Positions 28,976-36,841 of a stretch of DNA of 64,000 nt are shown piece after piece; the stretch's first letter is position 1; the number at the start of each line of letters is the position of its first letter. The notes beneath the pieces were generated by a model. The model was not told where the DNA came from. It ran no database searches and saw nothing but the letters and a program-made list of their open reading frames with translations. The DNA is from an uncultured bacterium. Its GTDB lineage: Bacteria > Babelota > Babeliae > Babelales > RVW-14. The position numbers and the translations under genes were made by a program. Location: NCBI GenBank assembly GCA_963759805.1, contig CAVXAT010000001.1, positions 224,001 through 288,000 of the forward strand, read 5' to 3'.

Positions 28976-29049
28976 GGGCCTGTAGCTCAGGTGGCTAGAG
29001 CATCCCGCTGATAACGGGAAGGTCAGTCGTTCAAGTCGACTCAGGCCCA
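28976..29049 (+). tRNA. tRNA-Ile(GAT)
   Basis: Cloverleaf: GGGCCTG/CAGGCCC acceptor, TCCCG-CTGATAA-CGGGA anticodon arm, GTTCAAGT T-loop; CCA not encoded. Confidence 0.95.
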
Positions 29050-29071
29050 CTCTTCTAAAATTGAAATTCTT

Positions 29072-29144
29072 GGGGGTATAGCTCAGTTGGTAGAGCATCC
29101 GCTTTGCAAGCGGAGGGTCTGCGGTTCGAATCCGCATACCTCCA
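29072..29144 (+). tRNA. tRNA-Ala(TGC)
   Basis: GGGGGTA/TACCTCC acceptor with G3:U70, TCCGC-TTTGCAA-GCGGA anticodon arm. Confidence 0.95.
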
Positions 29145-29222
29145 CTCCTCTTCGCCCTTGAAGGGCTACGATGAGCACGGCCAGTCTTCGCTGCTTCGCA
29201 GCTTCCGCCGTCGCATAAAGCT
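29145..29222 (+). repeat. Left part of a nested REP-like cluster interrupted by IS110
   Basis: Type-B hairpins; the last one (TCCGCCGTCGCATAAAGCT) is completed by ATGGCGGACAAG at 30431. Confidence 0.85.
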
Positions 29223-29289
29223 TGTATGTTAGAAATCTATTAAATAAATAAGAATTTTATTAACTTTATTCCAGAGTTATTTTTTTTAA

Positions 29290-29446
29290 TATCGATTGTT
29301 CAAGGAAGTTGATAGATCTCGTGCTCGAGCTGATCATAAGGGATCGTGCCATAGTTTGAGACTATCAACTTACATTAAACAACCTCGAACAATCACTTGA
29401 GACGTATTGGGTACGATCTCGCATGTTTACAAGCCAGAGGTAATCG
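29290..29446 (+). ncRNA. IS110 bridge RNA (target-binding and donor-binding loops); ends approximate
   Basis: A 10-bp stem 29306-29315/29362-29371 encloses GCTCGAGCT and GCCATAG. Stem ACCTC/GAGGT encloses ACAATCACT and TACAAG, which match the element's own ends. Confidence 0.85.
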
Positions 29447-29448
29447 TT

Positions 29449-30384
29449 ATGGTATCAAATATATATGTAGGCGTCGATATTTCTAAAAACAGCTTAGATA
29501 TTTGCATTTATCCTGAAAAAACACTCTTAAAAATAGACAACACAGAAGCTGCGATACAGGGTTTCATTAAAAAAATAGCCCAGCAAGATATTGCACAAAT
29601 AGCATGTGAAGCAACAGGAGGATATGAAAAGCTGCTTGCAACGCTGCTAAAAAAGAATGGCTACAACCTTTGGATTATTGATCCGAGGCGAATAAGGGGT
29701 TTTATTGTTTCAACTGGATGCAAAAGCAAAAACGATAAAATTGATGCACGAAAAATTGCTGAATTTTGTTCTAAAAATACGCGTGGCTATTCGACGGTTG
29801 AAAAAACTGAGAATCAAGCCAAATTGCAAGCTCTCGTTAATCGTAAAAACGATCTTACCAAGTTTTTGGCTGCGGAAAAAACAAGATTAAAGCAACCTTC
29901 ACATGCAATGAGTTTACCGAGCATTAAACGTTTGATTAAAATTTTTACCGCAGAAATCAAGACGGTAGATACGCAAATATCTGGCTTACTCAAAAACGAT
30001 AGCGAACTTGGTCAAAAAGCTGAGATTTTAGAATCTATACCTGGAATTGGAATTGCCTCTGCAGCTCTTCTTTTATCACATGTTCCAGAGCTTGGAACAA
30101 TAAGTAACAATAAAATATCGGCTCTTGTTGGTGTGTGTCCATATGACAATGAAAGCGGTAAATTCAAGGGTAAGAGAAGAATTCGGGGAGGACGGATGAC
30201 CCCGAGAAATCAGATTTACATGTGCGCATTAACAACCATTAAACATAACCTAATTCTTAAAGCCTTTTATGATCGCTTGATAAAAAATCAAAAACCGTTC
30301 AAAGTGGCCATAGTTGCCGTTATGCGCAAACTAATTATTCTTGCCAATTCGCTGTTAAAAAGAGGCGAGTTATGTAAAGTTTAA
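29449..30384 (+). CDS. IS110-family DEDD recombinase/transposase (311 aa)
   Basis: GVDISK, CEATG, KNDKIDA (DEDD), SIPGIG, NESGK (Tnp serine), AIVAVMRKL. ATG at 29449 follows GAGG. Confidence 0.95.
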   Translation: MVSNIYVGVDISKNSLDICIYPEKTLLKIDNTEAAIQGFIKKIAQQDIAQIACEATGGYEKLLATLLKKNGYNLWIIDPRRIRGFIVSTGCKSKNDKIDARKIAEFCSKNTRGYSTVEKTENQAKLQALVNRKNDLTKFLAAEKTRLKQPSHAMSLPSIKRLIKIFTAEIKTVDTQISGLLKNDSELGQKAEILESIPGIGIASAALLLSHVPELGTISNNKISALVGVCPYDNESGKFKGKRRIRGGRMTPRNQIYMCALTTIKHNLILKAFYDRLIKNQKPFKVAIVAVMRKLIILANSLLKRGELCKV

Positions 30385-30430
30385 TTTTCGAAAATTTTTA
30401 AAAAAAGTTTTGACTTTTAACACAATCACT

Positions 30431-30513
30431 ATGGCGGACAAGTCGCCGGCACAGCAGGATGAGCGCTCATGGTGAGCCTGTCGAACCATGGCGAACAAGT
30501 CGTCTGGCAAGCC
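30431..30513 (+). repeat. Right part of the nested REP-like cluster
   Basis: ATGGCGGACAAGT-CGCCGGCACAGC-AGGATGAGCG-CTCATGGTGAGCCTGTCGAACCATGG..., made of type-A and type-B pieces. Confidence 0.8.
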
Positions 30514-30685
30514 AAATAAGTTATAAAAAATCACATTTAATTAAACTATTCTATTCTTCGCTTGTTCTATGATAAATTACATATTATTGGGTGTAATTTA
30601 CAGTGGAATTTTGGCTCTAAAATAATTTTTGATCCTGTCGTTTTTGATGTTAAAAAATCTATTTCTAAAAAAAGGGGAGATTTTT

Positions 30686-31273
30686 GTGGATTACCGATCA
30701 ATTTTTAACACATGGTGTTTTGTATTTTTGGCTTCAATGTTTACTCCAAATGTTATTCATTCTATGAATGGCTCATCTGTAGTGGCATCCGGTGTTAAAG
30801 AGGTGGTCCATTTTGCGGGTGAGTTTGAGCAGGTTGTGGATAGTTGTATTGGTTTGGATGAGTGTGAAGCGAATGTTGAGGTAGGCTTTCCTGTTAGCAA
30901 CCCTCAGCTGATTGAAATTGGCGTTAAATCTTTAATTCAGTTATCAAAAAATACATCCCAGGAAGCGAAAAGGATGTGTTTAGCCATTGCCGCAACGGTG
31001 ACAAAAGGGATTGAAAAAAATTACGAATCAAATATTCTATACGAACCAAATGTTGTAGATGTAAGGGATATTATCCAAAAAAATCGTGATAGAATTCTTC
31101 AACAAGATCTTGAGAAAATGGATCCAGAATTACGGCAGATATTTAATTCTTGTTTAGATAGACATGATTTAAAAATACAGCGCTTTGCTATTCGTAATGA
31201 TTGTAATACGTGCGTTGTGGTAGTACTTATTTCGTTTATATTCTTATTTATGGTACAACAGATTTATTTGTAA
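30686..31273 (+). CDS. Hypothetical protein with signal-like N-terminus and C-terminal TM helix
   Basis: GTG after AGGGGAG; hydrophobic ends. Confidence 0.6.
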   Translation: MDYRSIFNTWCFVFLASMFTPNVIHSMNGSSVVASGVKEVVHFAGEFEQVVDSCIGLDECEANVEVGFPVSNPQLIEIGVKSLIQLSKNTSQEAKRMCLAIAATVTKGIEKNYESNILYEPNVVDVRDIIQKNRDRILQQDLEKMDPELRQIFNSCLDRHDLKIQRFAIRNDCNTCVVVVLISFIFLFMVQQIYL

Positions 31274-31308
31274 TATGTTACTGAAATTGATATTCTAAAA
31301 AAATTAGT

Positions 31309-31381
31309 GGGGATGTAGCTCAGTTGGTAGAGCATCTGCCTCGCACGTAGAAGGTCAGCGGTTCGAATCCGCTCATCTCCA
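31309..31381 (+). tRNA. tRNA-Ala(CGC)
   Basis: GGGGATG/CATCTCC acceptor with G3:U70; TCTGC-CTCGCAC-GTAGA anticodon arm. Confidence 0.93.
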
Positions 31382-31474
31382 CCCTTCGCTTTCGCCCTAA
31401 AGGGCTCCTAGCTTCCAGCCTTCGTTAAAACTACGGCGGGCACGGCAAGACGGGTCGCAAGCCAGTCTTCGCTC
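31382..31474 (+). repeat. REP-like type-B cluster directly after tRNA-Ala(CGC)
   Basis: TTCGCCCTAAAGGGCT, CCAGCCTTCGTTAAAACTACGGCGGGCACGGC, CCAGTCTTCGCT. Confidence 0.8.
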
Positions 31475-31487
31475 AATTCGTGCCACT

Positions 31488-31740
31488 CTAATTTTTTGGG
31501 GCTACTTTTTTCTGCAACTCTTCCCATTCTTCGTACAGTTTTTCGATTTGGGATTTCACTTCATTGATTCGTTGGGATGTTCTGTCAAAATCCGGTGTTC
31601 CAAAATCCAGAAATTCAAAGCTTTGATTAAGGGTTACGAGTTGTTTTTCAAGCGTCTCAATTTTGCGTTCAAGACTAGCTATCTGTTTTTTAGATTCGTA
31701 CCATTCTTTGCTGCTAATTGTTGGATTAGTATCTCTTCTG
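31488..31740 (-). pseudogene. Out-of-frame C-terminal coiled-coil domain of the ABC-F gene
   Basis: An open frame absent from the ORF track reads ...KKQIASLERKIETLEKQL...KSQIEKLYEEWEELQKKVAPKN*, typical of the ABC-F/Uup CTD. Confidence 0.75.
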
Positions 31741-33522
31741 AAACTCGCATCCTTCGACAGGCTCCCAGGCTTCGCCCTTCGTGGCTACGCCGGGCACCGC
31801 AGGACGATCCTTCGACAGGCTCAGGATGAGCGGCTTGTTTGCCTGGGCGCCGAAGCCTTGGCGAAGGCGGCTCGAACCATCACCCCTTGGTGACGCGCCG
31901 GGTTTCAGAAGCAGTTCGGTGTGTTTTTTGTGATACAGGAAAGATTCGTAATTTCCCGGGTAGTTAATGACTCCTTGTGGCATTAGTTCTAAAACTCTGC
32001 TGGCAAGGCCGTCTACAAACGTTCTATCATGTGAAACAAATAAAATAGTTCCGGGATACTGATTTAATGCTTTTAATAAAATCTCTTTTGTCTGAAGGTC
32101 AAGGTGGTTAGTCGGTTCATCAAGAACCAGAAAGTTGGCATCCAGAAGTAGCGTTTTTACCATTGCTACTCGGTTTTTTTCTCCGCCGCTGAGCACCGAT
32201 ATCCTCTTTTCAACATCATCGCCTGAGAACAGAAATGCACCAAGCAAACCGCGTACGTGTGATCGCATTTCCGACGTTGTGCATATGCTCTCCACCTCTT
32301 CCAAAATTGTTCTATTTTTATCAAGCGTTAACTCTTGATCCTGTTCAAAAAAAGCCATCTCAACGTTGTGTCCAAACTTTAGCGTACCACCCTCCAGGGG
32401 ATATTTCCCTGCAATTAAATTCAACAGGGTGGTTTTGCCCTTTCCATTTGCAGCTACCAGCGCTACTTTATCACCGCGCATAATATCAAACGAAACGTTT
32501 GCGAATAACTCAGTAGAATCAAACGTTTTTTTTAGATTGCTAACTTTGAGTACGATATCACCCGAGCGTTTAATATTTGAAAAATTAAGTTTAATCGTAG
32601 GAGGTTTGGGTTCAACTTGAATAAGCTCAATTTTTTCAAGAGCTTTGAGCATGCTTTGTGCCATGCTTGCCTTTGTGGCCTTGGCTTTAAAACGATTAAT
32701 CGTCTCCATCGTCTTTTTAATATGTCTTTGTTGAGCTTCATACTGAGCCTGCAAAACTGCATCATCATTAGCCTTTTGCTCCAGATATTTTGTATAATTA
32801 CCACGATAAATTTTTAAATTTCCTCGATCGATATCAAAAATATACTGGCAGAGGTGATCCAGAAAATAGCGATCGTGACTTATAAGAATAAAACCAAAAT
32901 TGGCGTATTTTAAAAAATCCAAAAACCAGTCTTTTGCAACGATATCAAGGTGGTTTGTAGGCTCGTCAAGAAGATAGAAATCTGCTTTTTGTAGAAGTAA
33001 TTTTGCAAGTACAATTCGCATTTTCCAACCAACGCTGAGCTCGCTGACCGGCTTGCCAATTTTTTCTGATGGAAATCCAAGCATAGACAGCATCTTTTTT
33101 GTTTCAACTACGCACTGGTCAAAGTCGTGCTCAGATAACTCTTTTTGTAAAAAAGCAAAGCGTTCAAGTTTCTCAGGGGTGTGTGCCGATTCATGCTCAA
33201 ACTCAGAGTTGAGTAAATCAAATTCAAGCTTCAAATCTACTAAATTACCAAATGTTGTTAGTGTTTCTTCAATAACAGATCTATTGGAGACTAGGACGAC
33301 TTCTTGCGGGAAATAGGCAATTTTAACTCGTTTCTCAATCAGAATGGTTCCGCTGTCAATTCCTTGCTGTCTGCTCAAAACTTTGAGTAGTGTTGATTTT
33401 CCACTTCCATTTCTACCGACAAGCCCGATTCTTTGGTTTTTTTCAATAGAGAAAGAGAGATCTTTAAATAACTCACGTTGTCCAAATTCAAGGCAGATAT
33501 TAGAGGCTGTTATCATCTTCAA
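31726..33522 (-). CDS. ABC-F family ATPase (Uup/YheS/YdiF-like), ending just after a palindromic insertion
   Basis: Two ABC domains (GRNGSGKS, LSVGW, LLDEPTNHLD; AANGKGKT, LSGGE, LDEPTNHLD), YRGNY linker. Confidence 0.92.
   Translation of the reverse strand: MKMITASNICLEFGQRELFKDLSFSIEKNQRIGLVGRNGSGKSTLLKVLSRQQGIDSGTILIEKRVKIAYFPQEVVLVSNRSVIEETLTTFGNLVDLKLEFDLLNSEFEHESAHTPEKLERFAFLQKELSEHDFDQCVVETKKMLSMLGFPSEKIGKPVSELSVGWKMRIVLAKLLLQKADFYLLDEPTNHLDIVAKDWFLDFLKYANFGFILISHDRYFLDHLCQYIFDIDRGNLKIYRGNYTKYLEQKANDDAVLQAQYEAQQRHIKKTMETINRFKAKATKASMAQSMLKALEKIELIQVEPKPPTIKLNFSNIKRSGDIVLKVSNLKKTFDSTELFANVSFDIMRGDKVALVAANGKGKTTLLNLIAGKYPLEGGTLKFGHNVEMAFFEQDQELTLDKNRTILEEVESICTTSEMRSHVRGLLGAFLFSGDDVEKRISVLSGGEKNRVAMVKTLLLDANFLVLDEPTNHLDLQTKEILLKALNQYPGTILFVSHDRTFVDGLASRVLELMPQGVINYPGNYESFLYHKKHTELLLKPGASPRGDGSSRLRQGFGAQANKPLILSLSKDRPAVPGVATKGEAWEPVEGCEFQKRY
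31743..31908. repeat. Composite nested palindromic element, second copy
   Basis: Near-identical to 26596-26760; bracketed by the inverted repeat CTTCTGAAAC (31735-31744)/GTTTCAGAAG (31902-31911). Confidence 0.92.
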
Positions 33523-34894
33523 TTTTCCCGAAATTTCCGCGTAATTTTCTTATGTAAATTAGAGCAATTATTGCTGTTGCTACAAAAAATGAGGAGTAAA
33601 CCAGAGTGAATTTTATGATGATACTCTGAATTTGTGAATGGCTTATTAACCATGATACAGGAACAAAAAATAATAAACAGATGAGGAATCTTCCCCACAT
33701 GACGGTTTTAACATTTCCGGCTCCACGTAGAGCGCCGGCAAGTACGACCTGTAATCCGTCAAAGATGGCCATAAAATTTATGAATGGAAAAGCGATAACT
33801 GCAAAATTAGTAAATTTGTTTTTGGGGTCAAATAAATTTATAAAGTAATGAGACCCAATGGTTAAAATTATCAAAACGGGAATAAAGGTTAAGGCTGTTA
33901 CTATCAGTAATTTTTTAATGTTAGCAATTGCCCCATTAGTATCTTTTGCCCCAAGTCTGTTACTTACAAGAAATGTTATTATTTGAGCTGATGCCATGAC
34001 CGGTAAAAATGAAAACATACTTAAGCTTCTTATTACATTGTATGAAACAATGGCATATTTACCCATTGGGGTTATCATTGTCACAAGCCAGATGTGGGAC
34101 AGTGACATTGTGGTTTTATCAATAACGATTGGCCAACTCATTGATATTATTTGGATAATCTTTTTTATATCAAAAAATGACTTTAAAAAATTAGGGAAGT
34201 ATTTTCGGTAATTATTATTAAATAAAACGTAGAGTATGGCAATCAGACTCATTGCCGTGTACTGAATTATGCTTGCAATTGCTGATCCGGTTAAGCCGTA
34301 CGCGCAAAATCCGAATTTACCAAAAACTAGTGAATAATCAAAAAAGATGAATATTCCTATTCCCACGAGATTGAGTATCATCGGAATGTGTGTGTTTTTG
34401 ACAGCTCGCATGAATCCCATAAAAACCATTACGGAAAAGATAAGAACTATTCCCAACGATTTTAACTGCAAGAAGGGTATTCCAACATTTGTCATTTTGT
34501 CCGAAACCCCTAACCATCCAAAGATGCTTTTGGCTCCGAACAGTATTAGAATAAATTGCGAAATACCAAGAATAAAAGTGATCCAGAATGTGTTATAAAA
34601 GTATTCGCCGCATTTGTGAAAATCGCCACTTCCATTGAATCGCCCAATAAAGGCTATTGAGGCAACCGGAACGGCTTCTGCAAGTTTTGTCAGCGTTATC
34701 AGGATGTTGGTTGCCATTCCTAGGGCCCCAAATGTGGTTACAGACCTAAGGTTGGCAATAATGAAAGAGTCGATAATGGAGGGTACAACAAGCAAAATCG
34801 AGATGGAGACTATCTCCGGAAGCCAGTACAGAATGATATCTTTGTATGAGTCGCCTTTATAGAAGTCGCCCTTAATTGTATTCATAAGTCCCAA
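33500..34894 (-). CDS. MATE-family efflux transporter
   Basis: About 12 TM segments, two-fold internal repeat, RAVKNTHIPM and GALRGAG motifs. Confidence 0.85.
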   Translation of the reverse strand: MGLMNTIKGDFYKGDSYKDIILYWLPEIVSISILLVVPSIIDSFIIANLRSVTTFGALGMATNILITLTKLAEAVPVASIAFIGRFNGSGDFHKCGEYFYNTFWITFILGISQFILILFGAKSIFGWLGVSDKMTNVGIPFLQLKSLGIVLIFSVMVFMGFMRAVKNTHIPMILNLVGIGIFIFFDYSLVFGKFGFCAYGLTGSAIASIIQYTAMSLIAILYVLFNNNYRKYFPNFLKSFFDIKKIIQIISMSWPIVIDKTTMSLSHIWLVTMITPMGKYAIVSYNVIRSLSMFSFLPVMASAQIITFLVSNRLGAKDTNGAIANIKKLLIVTALTFIPVLIILTIGSHYFINLFDPKNKFTNFAVIAFPFINFMAIFDGLQVVLAGALRGAGNVKTVMWGRFLICLLFFVPVSWLISHSQIQSIIIKFTLVYSSFFVATAIIALIYIRKLRGNFGKIEDDNSL

Positions 34895-34974
34895 GTACCC
34901 CCAATTTAATGCCGGTTTTAATGACGATCTTTAATCATAGCATCAATATTTACAAAGGAAAAGGCTTTTGTCCG

Positions 34975-36036
34975 CTATTTTTCGATTTTTACAACCCCAT
35001 GATCATCTTTGATCTCTAATTTGGTCCCAAATTCAGCGCTCAATTTTTTCATATGGTTTAGAATTTTCTGAGCCAAATCGTTTTTGGCTAAATTTACCTG
35101 CATTTCGGAAATATAAACAGGAATTAGCTCGATTCTCTGGATTCCATCTTTTGTTATTTTTGCCTGAAATAAAAAAGAGTGATCATTGTGTTGATCCGGA
35201 TAAATCATGTAATCATCAATAAAATCTCCGGCGCTGTATATAATTACTTTGCCGTTATAAACTTCAATCCCATGGAATAGATGTGCGCTGTGGCCGTGAA
35301 TTAAATCTGCACCGCAGTCAATTATTTTATGTGCAAACTCAACCATATTTTTTTCCGGGCGTTCAATTTTGTTTGGGCCCCAATGTATTGAAACGATTAA
35401 GACGTCAACCTGGTTGCGTACTGATTTTATGTCGTGTTCTAATTTTTCAATTTGTCCGATTCTGGCATAATTTATGCCGGCTTTTTCGGAAGTTGCTGCC
35501 CAGTCCGGTTCATTGTCCGTGTATCCAATTACACCTACTTTTATTCCATTTTTCTCAAGAATTTGAATTTTGCGAGCTTGGTTAATATCTTGTCCTGCTC
35601 CGACATGCTTGATTTTTTTACTATCAAGTACTTGAGTTGTCTCCAGGAAACCTTCTTCGTTAAAATCAAGAATGTGGTTGTTTGCAATATTTACAAGACT
35701 GATATTTGCTTCAACTAAAGTCTGAACGTTATCCGGATCAAGTTTGAAATTAAAGACTTTAAAAACACGCTTTTCGCTTTTGGTTATTGTTGTTTCAAGA
35801 TTGATAATATTAAAATCATTTTTCTTTAATAGTGGAAGAATATCTCCCCAAGGATGTGCATATCCATGAGTGGTAATTGACTGATTTACTAGTCGTCCAA
35901 GCATGACATCGCCCGTCAGGCCTATGACGATAGATTTCTGTTCATGTAGTCTGTTGAGAATAAGATATGCGCTGGCAATAAGAAATGTTCCCCAGAACAG
36001 TAATTTGCTTTTTTTCATAAACTGACCTTTTTTCAT
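34975..36036 (-). CDS. CapA/PgsA-family metallophosphatase-fold protein
   Basis: GDVMLGR, NLETT, ANNHILD, SIHWG, GHSAH, YSAGDF. Confidence 0.88.
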   Translation of the reverse strand: MKKGQFMKKSKLLFWGTFLIASAYLILNRLHEQKSIVIGLTGDVMLGRLVNQSITTHGYAHPWGDILPLLKKNDFNIINLETTITKSEKRVFKVFNFKLDPDNVQTLVEANISLVNIANNHILDFNEEGFLETTQVLDSKKIKHVGAGQDINQARKIQILEKNGIKVGVIGYTDNEPDWAATSEKAGINYARIGQIEKLEHDIKSVRNQVDVLIVSIHWGPNKIERPEKNMVEFAHKIIDCGADLIHGHSAHLFHGIEVYNGKVIIYSAGDFIDDYMIYPDQHNDHSFLFQAKITKDGIQRIELIPVYISEMQVNLAKNDLAQKILNHMKKLSAEFGTKLEIKDDHGVVKIEK

Positions 36037-36199
36037 AAACTAACCCTTGTAAATTTAAATTAACCCCTGTGAATTATTGCTACAGTTAAAGATTTTTTGC
36101 TAAACAGGTTTGTTTTTGCTAACATTCTTTAGCTTAGCCTTTAGCTTAGCATGAAAATATTGTTTTAAAATACTGTTTTAAAAATTGAAGGGGCCACTA

Positions 36200-36751
36200 A
36201 TGGCAAGTTTTAACCGTGTTATTATGATGGGCAATTTGACAAGAGATCCTGAGTATAAACAACTTTCTTCCGGGCAAGCTGTTTGTCGTTTGGGATTGGC
36301 ATCAAATCGTCAGTTTAAAAATAAACAGACAGGAGCGATGGTTCAAGAGGTCTGTTTTGTCGATGTTGATGTATGGGGTCCTCAGGCTGAAGTTTGCAAG
36401 CAGTATCTGCAAAAGGGGCGTCCGGTTTTGATTGAGGGTCGGTTGAAACTTGATACCTGGCAGGATCAAGAAGGGGCCAAACGCAGCAAGCATTCAATTG
36501 TTGCGGATAGAGTAACATTTTTGGGCGGAGCATCAGCTCAGGAATCTGACGAGACGGATTTTAATGTTGCTGCAACTGATCCGATTACTCCTGCAAAATC
36601 TGAAGCTAAACCTGAAGCTGAATCTAAGCCTGAAGCCGAAAATGAAAAAAAGCCTAGCACTAGAAAAGCTAAGACTATTTCGTCTGAGGCTTCGACCGGA
36701 GAGGTTGCACTCAAGGACGAGGCGCCATTCGAGAATGATTTGCCATTTTGA
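36200..36751 (+). CDS. ssb: Single-stranded DNA-binding protein
   Basis: FNRVIMMGNLTRDPE, KGRPVLIEGRL, acidic tail NDLPF. Confidence 0.96.
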   Translation: MASFNRVIMMGNLTRDPEYKQLSSGQAVCRLGLASNRQFKNKQTGAMVQEVCFVDVDVWGPQAEVCKQYLQKGRPVLIEGRLKLDTWQDQEGAKRSKHSIVADRVTFLGGASAQESDETDFNVAATDPITPAKSEAKPEAESKPEAENEKKPSTRKAKTISSEASTGEVALKDEAPFENDLPF

Positions 36752-36753
36752 TT

Positions 36754-36815
36754 AGTTAGCTTATTGATTTTAAATTAATTTACGCCGGAGGAAGTAGTAA
36801 AAGCCTTGGCGTTTT
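36754..36815 (+). repeat. Intergenic repeat/terminator-like hairpin, copy 1 of 3
   Basis: 39 bp identical to 39106-39144. Confidence 0.85.
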
Positions 36816-36841
36816 CTTTCTTAATTTTGTTTGGGAGCATT

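Larger units (their letters stand above)
29221..30430 (+). mobile_element. IS110-family insertion sequence (long left end, CT core at both ends)
   Basis: CT at 29221-29222 and at 30429-30430. Deleting the element restores a REP hairpin. No terminal inverted repeats. Confidence 0.92.

Noticed and set aside
28796..29137. 113-aa minus-strand ORF
   Set aside because: It is the antisense shadow of the two tRNA genes.
29407..29448. Longer N-terminus of the IS110 recombinase
   Set aside because: It overlaps the donor-binding loop; ATG at 29449 has an RBS and gives the usual spacing to the first catalytic Asp.
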